Shown here: positions 7,512 to 15,487 of the stretch, piece by piece
How the letters are laid out: each line of letters starts with the position of its first letter
Position numbering within the stretch: the stretch's first letter is position 1
Assembly (NCBI GenBank): GCA_035290625.1
Contig: DATDTY010000033.1
Coordinates: 20,482 to 84,481 of the forward strand
Direction: 5' to 3'
DNA from: Candidatus Nanoarchaeia archaeon
GTDB lineage: Archaea; Nanobdellota; Nanobdellia; Woesearchaeales; DATDTY01
DNA length: 64,000 nt
Notes under the pieces: generated by a model
Told to the model about the DNA's origin: nothing
What the model saw: only the letters and a program-made list of their open reading frames with translations
Databases searched by the model: none
Program-made: the position numbers and the translations under genes

Positions 7512-8276
7512 TCAGTCGTTCTCCACTCTTGGAGCAAGAATAAACGTAAGATTCAGCCTGTCGGTGACTGTGTAGGATACCTTGAGCGGATAGTCCTTGT
7601 TGAAGAGGATTTCCACCTCATCTGCAATCTTTGCCCCTCCCATCATCTTTTTGAGGTACTCTACGGAGTATTTTGCCTTGACCTTGTCTTCATTGTCAGC
7701 CTTGATGCGTGTTATCTCGTCAGCAGGGATCTCGATTGATACCTTGTTGAGGTCTCCCTCGGCAGTGATGTTGAGCTTTTTCTGGTCTCCTATCAGCGTA
7801 AGAGAGTCTGCAACAACATTGGCGTCTTCAATGGCATTATTCAGTATTTGGGAAGTTGTCATGACACTGATGGGGAATTGAAGCTCTGGAATCTTCTGCT
7901 TCCTCTCCTCAACCTCAATCAGCGGAAGATGGAACGTCCTTGATGTGCTTCCTTTCAGGTCTATCCTGAGCTTGTTGTCTGCAAGCTCAAGGCCTATCAT
8001 GTCGTTTGGGGAAACCCTCCGGAGAATCTGCTTGAGATTGCTGAGGTTTATTGCGAATTCAACATTTTTCGGGACATTGTACTCTGTAAACGCGCTTGAC
8101 ACCATCTTGAAGACGACCATAGCCACGTTTGCAGGATCCATTGCAATTAGGTTAAGGCCCTCTTTGGTTGCAGTGAATTTTGCTTCGTTCACAAGGTCTG
8201 ATATGACAGAAATGCTCTCCTTAAAGTATCGCGGCTCTGCTAAGATTGCTTTCATTGTACCCCCTGTTTGCAGCAA
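7512..8276 (-). CDS. pcn: DNA polymerase sliding clamp PCNA (alternative start at 8255, MKAIL)
   Basis: Length and sequence pattern match archaeal PCNA (FKMVSSAF ... LAPRVE). A TATA-like atttaaat sits at 8309-8316. Confidence 0.8.
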   Translation of the reverse strand: MLQTGGTMKAILAEPRYFKESISVISDLVNEAKFTATKEGLNLIAMDPANVAMVVFKMVSSAFTEYNVPKNVEFAINLSNLKQILRRVSPNDMIGLELADNKLRIDLKGSTSRTFHLPLIEVEERKQKIPELQFPISVMTTSQILNNAIEDANVVADSLTLIGDQKKLNITAEGDLNKVSIEIPADEITRIKADNEDKVKAKYSVEYLKKMMGGAKIADEVEILFNKDYPLKVSYTVTDRLNLTFILAPRVEND

Positions 8277-8309
8277 AGCTAGGGCACTATTTAAATCTTT
8301 TTACTTGGG

Positions 8310-9638
8310 TTACTTCAGCACCGCATGCTGGCCTTCAGCAAGGAGGTGGATATTCTTTTTCCAGCCCATCTCTTTACAGAGGCCTGCAAGGGACTTCCTC
8401 ATCTTTTCTTCCCCATGAGAAGGGATGATGTGCTCTGGCTTAAGCATCTCAAGAAGATCCTGAAGATCCTGCCTTGCCGCATGGCCTGACACATGGATGC
8501 CTTTAAAGATTCTGATGCGCCGGTGCTTCAGATCCCTTTCCAGATGTTCCCGGTTCTTCTCGTTTGTTGGCGTGGGGATGACATTACAAGAGAAAATCAC
8601 CTTATCCCGGTGGTCAAGCCGAAACTTGAAGACATCCCTTGCAATCTTTGCCAATGTTGCTTTTGGCTCGCCCTGATGGCCTGTGACTACGATCAGGTAT
8701 TTCTTCTTCCTAGGCTGCAGCTCATTGAGCCTCTTGCGGATATTATTACCATACTTGACAATCTCTATCTCCTTTGAGAAGTGGACAATCCCGACCTCTT
8801 CAGCAGCATTGACGTATTTTGCCAGCGATCTGCCTAAAAAGATAACCTTCCGGCCAAGCTTTTTCCCAAGCTCGATGATGGATTTGAGCCGTGCAATATG
8901 CGACGAGAATGTTGTCACGAGGATTGCCTGCACCTCTTTCTCGTCATCCAGGATGGCGTCCCTCAACATTTCCTTTGCCACAGACTCTGAGGGCATCTTG
9001 CGGTCATCATCAGCATAGGTTGACTCCACAACCAACGCATACACTCCCTTCTGGCCAAGCTGCCTTAGCCGCTTCAGATCAGGGGTTTTTCCAAGAGTCG
9101 GGCTCATATCGAACTTGAAATCGTTTGCATACACGATGATGCCGTGCTTTGTATGGAGCGCAACCATCGCTGTCTGCGGCGTGGAATGGGTTACTGTGAT
9201 AAACTCTGCGGTGATGTCTTTTGTTATCTTTATGGATGACCCCGTGTTCACGGTCTTTATCCGGTTCTTGAACGGTATTTTTTCATCCCTGATGATTGCG
9301 CGAAGCACTGCTGCTGTGAAGGGTGTGCAGATGATTGGGGCCTTATAGCGTCCTGCAAGAAAAGGGATGGCGCCGACATGGTCGAGATGAGCATGAGACG
9401 GTATGATTGCCCTTATTTTGTCCTTCCAATGCTCTATCACCGAAAGGTCAGGAATTGCCTTTACCTTGATAAGATCCTCAACTTCAAACTTCTTGATGTC
9501 CTCATCCTCTGTCAGCTGGATGTAACTCTCAAGATGAATCCCGATATCAAACACAATCACGTCATCGTCAATCTTTATCGCTGTGCAGTTTCTTCCGACA
9601 ACATCGTAACCGCCGACTGTTATAATCTCAACTGCCAT
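8310..9638 (-). CDS. rnj: Metallo-beta-lactamase / beta-CASP ribonuclease, archaeal RNase J-like (start at MAVEIITVGG)
   Basis: HAHLDHVGAIP (HxHxDH) motif. N-terminus matches archaeal RNase J (MAVEIIxVGG). About 440 aa. Confidence 0.7.
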   Translation of the reverse strand: MAVEIITVGGYDVVGRNCTAIKIDDDVIVFDIGIHLESYIQLTEDEDIKKFEVEDLIKVKAIPDLSVIEHWKDKIRAIIPSHAHLDHVGAIPFLAGRYKAPIICTPFTAAVLRAIIRDEKIPFKNRIKTVNTGSSIKITKDITAEFITVTHSTPQTAMVALHTKHGIIVYANDFKFDMSPTLGKTPDLKRLRQLGQKGVYALVVESTYADDDRKMPSESVAKEMLRDAILDDEKEVQAILVTTFSSHIARLKSIIELGKKLGRKVIFLGRSLAKYVNAAEEVGIVHFSKEIEIVKYGNNIRKRLNELQPRKKKYLIVVTGHQGEPKATLAKIARDVFKFRLDHRDKVIFSCNVIPTPTNEKNREHLERDLKHRRIRIFKGIHVSGHAARQDLQDLLEMLKPEHIIPSHGEEKMRKSLAGLCKEMGWKKNIHLLAEGQHAVLK

Positions 9639-9819
9639 AGGTTTCCTGCTTTTTGAGAAGTATAAAAACCTATTGTTCAAGCTCTTTTGGCAGAATAAAC
9701 TTTGTGCCTTCTTCACCTGTGTTCAGCAGTTCTACAGGGATCTCTTTACCACTTCGATTGCCCTTTCTACACCAGCGCAGTATCCTCTGGGGCTTGCAAG
9801 AATTATCTTTTGGACCATG

Positions 9820-10983
9820 TTAACAGATACCAGCCCTAGATTTCCTGATTATCTCCACTGCTTTGTCAATCTCTTGTCTTGAGATATCAAGGCTTGGGAA
9901 CAAAACTACTCTTCCATCGAATGCAGAAATGATCAATCTATCCTCCAAGCATCGCTGCTGAATTCCGGGATCCGGCTCATCGAAGCCAATGCACAGCCCC
10001 TTTCCTTCAGGCCTGAACTCTGACAGCCTTTTCATGAGATATGCTCCGCTTTCAGCAGCCTTCGCGACAAGGCCCTTCTGCTGAATATACTCGATGTTTG
10101 CAAGGCAAGCTTCTACAGAAAATGGGTGCCAGCCAAAGGTTGAATAATTGCTAAAATCAAAACGCATGGGCTCAGCGACTTCTGGTCTGGCTATTGTTGC
10201 ACCAATCGCGCCATAGCCTGAGCTCATTCCTTTTGCGATTGTGATGATGTCTGGCTCCAGACCGAAATGCTCGAAGCCGAACCATTTTCCTGTACGGCCG
10301 AATCCTGTTGCAACCTCATCGCAGATGAACAGGGTGTCTGTTTCGCTGCATGCTTCCATGATTCTGTTAAAGAACTCTTTTGGAGGCACTATGACTCCCA
10401 GATTACAGATGATTGGTTCTGAGATGAATGCAGAGATTTCTCTCTTCTTGATGAGTTTTACAGCCTCTTCTGTTGTTTTTTCCCAATCTTTTGCGTCGAT
10501 TTGGAGATAGTCTTCTGAGAACTTTCCAAAATGCAGCTCATGGGCCGGGATTTTGACAAGCGAGAGGCAGGCAATGGATTGGCCATGGTATGCACCTTTA
10601 AAGGCCAAAAACTTCCTCCTTTTATTGTATGCACGCGACATCTTTAATGCAATCTCAACTGCTTCTGTTCCTCCTGTTGCTCTAAAGCAGGCCGTCTGCC
10701 TGCCGATAAGCCTGCTGAGCTTTTTTGCGAGGTCTTCCCATCGCTCATAGATATAGGAAGGCGGAACGTACTCAGGCCCTTTAAATCTCTGAATGGCATT
10801 CCTGATCTGGCTTTTTCTCCAGCCTGCGTTGCCAACACACCACCCCATTGTGAAATCCAGGTATCTCTTTCCGTTTTTGTCAATGAGGTAACTTCCCTTA
10901 GAATCCGCAACCTCTATTGGGTAGGGAGGAGCATCCCTAAACAAGAATTCCCTTGTATCAGTTTTTTTGCGCATCAAGTCCAT
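9820..10983 (-). CDS. Class III PLP-dependent aminotransferase (start at MDLMRKK; the longer ORF would read through the tRNA-derived repeat)
   Basis: [14 protein letters not shown] and [11 protein letters not shown] motifs. Confidence 0.75.
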   Translation of the reverse strand: MDLMRKKTDTREFLFRDAPPYPIEVADSKGSYLIDKNGKRYLDFTMGWCVGNAGWRKSQIRNAIQRFKGPEYVPPSYIYERWEDLAKKLSRLIGRQTACFRATGGTEAVEIALKMSRAYNKRRKFLAFKGAYHGQSIACLSLVKIPAHELHFGKFSEDYLQIDAKDWEKTTEEAVKLIKKREISAFISEPIICNLGVIVPPKEFFNRIMEACSETDTLFICDEVATGFGRTGKWFGFEHFGLEPDIITIAKGMSSGYGAIGATIARPEVAEPMRFDFSNYSTFGWHPFSVEACLANIEYIQQKGLVAKAAESGAYLMKRLSEFRPEGKGLCIGFDEPDPGIQQRCLEDRLIISAFDGRVVLFPSLDISRQEIDKAVEIIRKSRAGIC

Positions 10984-11007
10984 GTAGACAATTTTTAATA
11001 TTAAGAG

Positions 11008-11075
11008 TGCGGGGAGCAGGCAGCGCAACTCACTTCGTTCGTTGCTGGCCTGCTCTCCTCGTTCATTTCATTCAC
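11008..11075. repeat. tRNA minihelix-like element, 68 nt. Begins with a copy of the 13 3'-terminal nt of the adjacent tRNA (RC gcggggagcagg). Forms a hairpin with gcctgctctcc.
   Basis: Direct repeat of the tRNA 3' end 55 nt from the true tRNA end. About 90% identical to the units at 30357..30498, with compensatory differences. Confidence 0.55.
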
Positions 11076-11239
11076 TGCGGGGAGCAGGATTCGAACCTGC
11101 GTAGGCACTAAGCCAACAGATGGCCCGCCTGAGTAGTTCATCAGACCTGGGTGAGGACCTCAACACTCATGACTTGAGTATGGACGTTTTAGCGCCTGTC
11201 GCCAAACTCTGTCCCGTTTGGCCACTCCGGCATCCCCGC
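11076..11239 (-). tRNA. Intron-containing class II tRNA (Leu-like). Long variable arm UGGCUUAGUGCCUAC and discriminator A. 164 nt, implying an intron of about 80 nt. Anticodon unresolved.
   Basis: Acceptor GCGGGGA/UCCCCGC. D arm CCG-GAGUGGCCAAA-CGG. Anticodon stem ACAGA/UCUGU separated by 87 nt. T arm GCAGG-UUCGAAU-CCUGC. Near-identical scaffold to the tRNA-Leu at 30499..30582. Canonical 37/38 splicing would give the loop GUUUGGA. Confidence 0.6.
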
Positions 11240-11285
11240 ATTGTGCGGAGTAGAACGCCCCGTGTTTTAAATATGTTGCTTTTTG

Positions 11286-11525
11286 GGCTCAGTAGAAAGT
11301 CAGTCGGCAGTGGCTTGCAAGCGAGCAAGGCGAGCTTGCTCGCTAGCCACCGGCTCGCTTGTGCTTCCTTCACTGTTTGCTGACACCCCCGAAGGTGCTA
11401 AAAAGAGCCATGCTCTTTTGGCACATCAAAACGCCAGAGGGCGTTTTGATTGGGCCAACCCTCTGTCAGCGGTGCTATAAAAGTAAATAAGCTCGCAGAA
11501 AGGATGCCGGACTTTCTACTGAGCC
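11286..11525. mobile_element. MITE-like element family 1, copy 2 (240 bp; carries an extra internal palindromic insertion). Same 16-bp terminal inverted repeats. Flanked by tttttg.
   Basis: Terminal repeats identical to copy 1. The internal insert gcaagcgagcaaggcgagcttgctcgc is itself palindromic. Confidence 0.7.
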
Positions 11526-11560
11526 GTTTTTTGGAACTCTTCTTATCCAGAAATGCGGTC

Positions 11561-11941
11561 TTATGTCAAAATCCCAAGCTTGCTCTCAATCGCATTCAAC
11601 TCTTCTTCCAGGCGGTCTAACTCAGAAACCGGCTTTGGCCTTGGCATTTGAGGCCGCCTGGCTCTTGGCTGGTCATCGATCTTCTTCTTTAGCTCTGCCC
11701 TCTTTGTATCCACATTCTTTCTTATGTGATGAACTGGCAGCGCATCTTCGAGGCTCTTGCCAAGCTTGCTAATCTCTACCATCAAGTTTTTGAGGATGAA
11801 CACCTCTCTTATCTTCATCTCCTGCGTATACTGGAAAGCTTCGTAGCGCTGCAAAGCTGTGATAATCTCCTTAGAGCCCTGGAGCAGCGTCCTTCGTATC
11901 GCAATGGGATCCTCAATACTCACAAACATCGTATCTTCCAT
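11561..11941 (-). CDS. Hypothetical coiled-coil protein (126 aa)
   Basis: ORF. Third gene of a tandem set of small coiled-coil ORFs. Confidence 0.4.
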   Translation of the reverse strand: MEDTMFVSIEDPIAIRRTLLQGSKEIITALQRYEAFQYTQEMKIREVFILKNLMVEISKLGKSLEDALPVHHIRKNVDTKRAELKKKIDDQPRARRPQMPRPKPVSELDRLEEELNAIESKLGILT

Positions 11942-11943
11942 CG

Positions 11944-12171
11944 TTACATCTGCTCAGGCTCAAAGAGGCCGCTGTCTATGCCTTCAACCCTCCTTTCAAC
12001 ATCATTAACTGCATTGCTCCAGGCTGCCAGCTCCTGATCCTCCTTATCTTTAAGCTCGTTGATCTTTGCCAGAGTTTTCTTGGCCTGGCTGATCTTTGCC
12101 CTCAGGACCTCCATGATCTCAAGGACTTCTTTATATCTCTCAATCTTGATAAACACCGGCATACCCGTCAT
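11944..12171 (-). CDS. Hypothetical small coiled-coil protein (start at the internal Met MTGMPVF, giving a 4-nt overlap with the upstream gene)
   Basis: ORF. Heptad-like KTLAKINELKDKEDQEL. Confidence 0.35.
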   Translation of the reverse strand: MTGMPVFIKIERYKEVLEIMEVLRAKISQAKKTLAKINELKDKEDQELAAWSNAVNDVERRVEGIDSGLFEPEQM

Positions 12172-12815
12172 TGTTCCATCACCTTGTCGATTTTGTGCAG
12201 CCTCTTGTTGATATCCTCGAGCATGGAACGCCATTTCTGCGTTTCCTTATCCCTGACGAGCTTGATCTCATTCAGCCTTTTGGAGAGAGCCTCAACCTCT
12301 TCCACCTTCTCCTCAATACTCTGAATATTTCCTAACAAAGTCCTGTATTCATCGCTCCTGACAAATAATGGCCTTTGAGGCATTTTTCTCTCAAACTCCC
12401 TCTTCTTTGCCTCAATCTCTTTTTGTTCAATCTCAGGTTTCACGGGAGACATTTCCGGAAAATCTGGCTTTAATGGGTGCTTCACTATTGGCCTTTGCAA
12501 CTGGTCGAATCTTGGAGGCGCCATCGGCCGGTTCATTACCTGGATTTGTGGAAGGCTTGGCGGCTTTTCTGGATGAGGGGAAGGTCCCTGAATCGGAGCA
12601 GGTACAGGCTCTCTTGGCTGCTCCCTGTCTCTGATGCCCCCCATTGGCCTGAACTCTGTCCTGAATTCAGGAACGGAAATCGGCGGCATCCTCTGTTCAA
12701 ATGAGGGCATCCTTGGCTCTAAGAACGGAGGCGGTGGAGGTATGTCTCCTGCCTTTCTCTTCCTAAATACGTCTAATAAACCCATTGCACCAACCCCTGA
12801 TTTCCAAAGAATCAA
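12168..12815 (-). CDS. Hypothetical protein with a proline-rich N-terminal half and a C-terminal coiled coil (215 aa)
   Basis: ORF. PPPPPFLEPRMP ... PAPIQGPSPHPEKPP low-complexity region followed by a coiled-coil segment. Confidence 0.4.
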   Translation of the reverse strand: MILWKSGVGAMGLLDVFRKRKAGDIPPPPPFLEPRMPSFEQRMPPISVPEFRTEFRPMGGIRDREQPREPVPAPIQGPSPHPEKPPSLPQIQVMNRPMAPPRFDQLQRPIVKHPLKPDFPEMSPVKPEIEQKEIEAKKREFERKMPQRPLFVRSDEYRTLLGNIQSIEEKVEEVEALSKRLNEIKLVRDKETQKWRSMLEDINKRLHKIDKVMEQ

Positions 12816-12892
12816 TCTTATTAAATCTTTGTGGAGTATCCTGGAGGAGTGACAAGCGATAGGTTTTTAAGGAACGTGGCGTTTAGTCTTCC

Positions 12893-14371
12893 ATGACTGA
12901 GCTCCAGCACGGATGCGGCGTGTTTGGGATTTACGGGCATCCTGATGCTGCGGAATTAACCCGTTGGGGGCTTCATGCAGTCCAGCACCGGGGGCAAGAA
13001 AGCGCCGGAATCGTTTCTGCTTATGCTTCTGATGCCGGGCGCCGCCAGCCTAACCAAAAGCTCGGTATGGGTCTTGCATTTCAGGCTATCCAGGAAGCAG
13101 ACTTAGCCAACCTTTTAGGAGATTATGCAGTTGGCCATGTCCGCTATTCTACGGATGGAGGCTCTTGCTTAGCCAATGCCCAACCGATATTACAGCATAT
13201 TCGGGATGGCTGGGCTGCTTTGTGCCATAATGGAACTTTGTATAACGCGCATCTGGCCAAAGAACAACTTCCCCAGGCCCAATTTGAATATATCGGGGAT
13301 TCAGACTCAGAGGTTATCCTCCATAAGATCTCCCTTTCATCTCAACGTTCCTTGGAGGGCCGTATCCGGGATGGGTTTGCCGGATTGAAGGGATCAGCTT
13401 CTTTGGCCGGCATGCTGGATGGAAAACTGTGGGCTTTCCGGGACCCTTCAGGGAACAGGCCCCTGGTCCTTGGCAAATTTCCGGATAAAGGCTACCCCAC
13501 TGTCGTAGCATCTGAGACCGTTGCTTTTGATATTATCCAAGCTGAATATTCGAGAGAGGTTAATCCCGGCGAACTGGTTGTCATCGATGCAGAAGGGGTT
13601 CATAGCCATCAGCTTTTTCCTCCCTTTGCCCCTTTTTTCCCATGCATCTTTGAGCTTGTTTATTTCTCCCGCCCGGATTCTTTTGTTTTCCTAACCTCCC
13701 CAACCAAATACCGAAATGAGTGCGGCCATATTCTTGCAAGGAAAGACCCAGCAGATGCGGATGTTGTTGTTTCTGTTCCAGATTCCGGAACAGACGGGGC
13801 CATCGGCTATGCTGAAGAGTCCGGAATCCCTTATGAGCGTGGCATTATACGAAGCCATTATGTGGGGAGGGGATTTATTGAGCCCAGCCAATGCATGCGT
13901 GAATTTGCTGCCCGTTTAAAATATAATCCTAACCCTTCTATTATAAACAACCGCCGCGTCATTGTTGTTGATGACTCCCTTGTTCGCGGCACTACTATAA
14001 AGAAGATTGCGTCCATGCTATGGCGCGTCGGAGCTTCTGAGATTCATCTGCGAATCGCATCTCCTGTGTGGATTGACTCCTGTACTTACGGGATTGATGC
14101 CCCTGATCCGGAGAACCTCCTTGGTTATAAATATCGGAATCTTCCTTATCAGGAAATGAAAGAAAAGATTGCTGAACATCTGAAAATAACCTCTTTTGCT
14201 TGTTTGGAGCCTCTTGATTTGTTCCTTCCTGAGTCCCTTCCATCCCATATGCGATCCAACGGGGATTCCTTGGACACTCTTTGCGCCTGCACAAAATGCT
14301 TTACCGGTTATGCCGCTATCCATGAAGCATACGATAATCAATCCATTCTTCCGATACCACAAACCTTATAA
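12893..14371 (+). CDS. purF: Amidophosphoribosyltransferase (glutamine PRPP amidotransferase) with a short N-terminal propeptide before the catalytic Cys
   Basis: MTELQHGCGVFGIYG Ntn-type amidotransferase start. PRTase-domain motifs. C-terminal cysteines consistent with an Fe-S site. Confidence 0.85.
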   Translation: MTELQHGCGVFGIYGHPDAAELTRWGLHAVQHRGQESAGIVSAYASDAGRRQPNQKLGMGLAFQAIQEADLANLLGDYAVGHVRYSTDGGSCLANAQPILQHIRDGWAALCHNGTLYNAHLAKEQLPQAQFEYIGDSDSEVILHKISLSSQRSLEGRIRDGFAGLKGSASLAGMLDGKLWAFRDPSGNRPLVLGKFPDKGYPTVVASETVAFDIIQAEYSREVNPGELVVIDAEGVHSHQLFPPFAPFFPCIFELVYFSRPDSFVFLTSPTKYRNECGHILARKDPADADVVVSVPDSGTDGAIGYAEESGIPYERGIIRSHYVGRGFIEPSQCMREFAARLKYNPNPSIINNRRVIVVDDSLVRGTTIKKIASMLWRVGASEIHLRIASPVWIDSCTYGIDAPDPENLLGYKYRNLPYQEMKEKIAEHLKITSFACLEPLDLFLPESLPSHMRSNGDSLDTLCACTKCFTGYAAIHEAYDNQSILPIPQTL

Positions 14372-14398
14372 AACTCTGGGCGCTCCTTCTCTTTTTTA

Positions 14399-15487
14399 AT
14401 GAACGCGTCTTTGGTTCTTGAGGATGGGAGTGTCTACACCGGAGAGTCTTTTGGATTTGAGAAAAACGTTTCTGGCGAAGTCGTCTTTACCACAGGCATG
14501 GTGGGATATCCTGAGTCCATGACTGATCCTTCCTATGAAGGCCAGATTCTTGTATTCACCTATCCCCTGATCGGGAATTATGGCGTTCCTAACGGAGACC
14601 TTCAGGACAATATGCTTCGGCATTTTGAATCTGACATGATTCACACAAAAGCGATTGTTGTGGGAGATTATCCTCACAAGCATCACCATTGGGAGGCGTT
14701 CCATTCTTTAGGGGATTGGTTAAAGAAAGAGAAGATTCCAGGGATAAGCGGGATTGACACACGAGCGTTGACTAAGAAACTCAGGGAGCATGGAACTCTA
14801 CTTGGAAAGATTGTGTTTAATGATGATCTAGATCATCCTTTGGCTTTAGAGGATCCAAATAAAAAGAACCTTGTATCTGAGGTATCATGCAAAGACGTCA
14901 AGAGGTATGGATCAGGAGATATACACATAATCCTGCTTGATTGCGGCTGCAAAAACAACATCATCAGGAGTTTTGTCAGCAGAGGGGTTGAGGTTGCCCG
15001 CGTTCCTTATGACCATGATTTTTCTAATGAGAGATTTGACGGCTTGTTTATTTCGAATGGGCCAGGAGATCCCAGGATGTGCGTAACAACCATTGAACGC
15101 ATCAGGACTGCAATGGAAAGAAACATCCCTACATTCGGAATATGCCTCGGCAACCAGCTTCTTGCTCTGGCTGCAGGAGCTTCTACGTACAAACTCAAGT
15201 ATGGGCATCGCAGCCAGAACCAGCCTTGCCTGGAGGTTGGGACGAAGAGATGCTATATCACTTCACAGAACCACGGGTATGCTGTTGACGCAAAAACTCT
15301 CCCTCCGGAATGGGAAGAGTGGTTTGTCAATGCCAATGACGGCACGAATGAAGGCATCAGGCATAGAAGCAAGCCGTTTTTCTCTGTGCAATTTCATCCG
15401 GAAGCGATGCCTGGGCCAGTGGACACTGCCTGGCTTTTCGACAAGTTTATTGAGGGGGTTAAGAAGGCAAAGGCCGGAAGAATATGA
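14399..15487 (+). CDS. carA: Carbamoyl-phosphate synthase small (glutaminase) subunit
   Basis: LVLEDGSVYTGESFG N-terminus. GICLGNQ catalytic Cys. HPE triad. Confidence 0.9.
   Translation: MNASLVLEDGSVYTGESFGFEKNVSGEVVFTTGMVGYPESMTDPSYEGQILVFTYPLIGNYGVPNGDLQDNMLRHFESDMIHTKAIVVGDYPHKHHHWEAFHSLGDWLKKEKIPGISGIDTRALTKKLREHGTLLGKIVFNDDLDHPLALEDPNKKNLVSEVSCKDVKRYGSGDIHIILLDCGCKNNIIRSFVSRGVEVARVPYDHDFSNERFDGLFISNGPGDPRMCVTTIERIRTAMERNIPTFGICLGNQLLALAAGASTYKLKYGHRSQNQPCLEVGTKRCYITSQNHGYAVDAKTLPPEWEEWFVNANDGTNEGIRHRSKPFFSVQFHPEAMPGPVDTAWLFDKFIEGVKKAKAGRI

Noticed and set aside
9820-11028. Long N-terminal extension of the aminotransferase ORF (MRCLLPALLILKIVY...)
   Set aside because: The extension is read from the tRNA-minihelix repeat element. 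The start at MDLMRKK (10983) gives a normal class III aminotransferase N-terminus.
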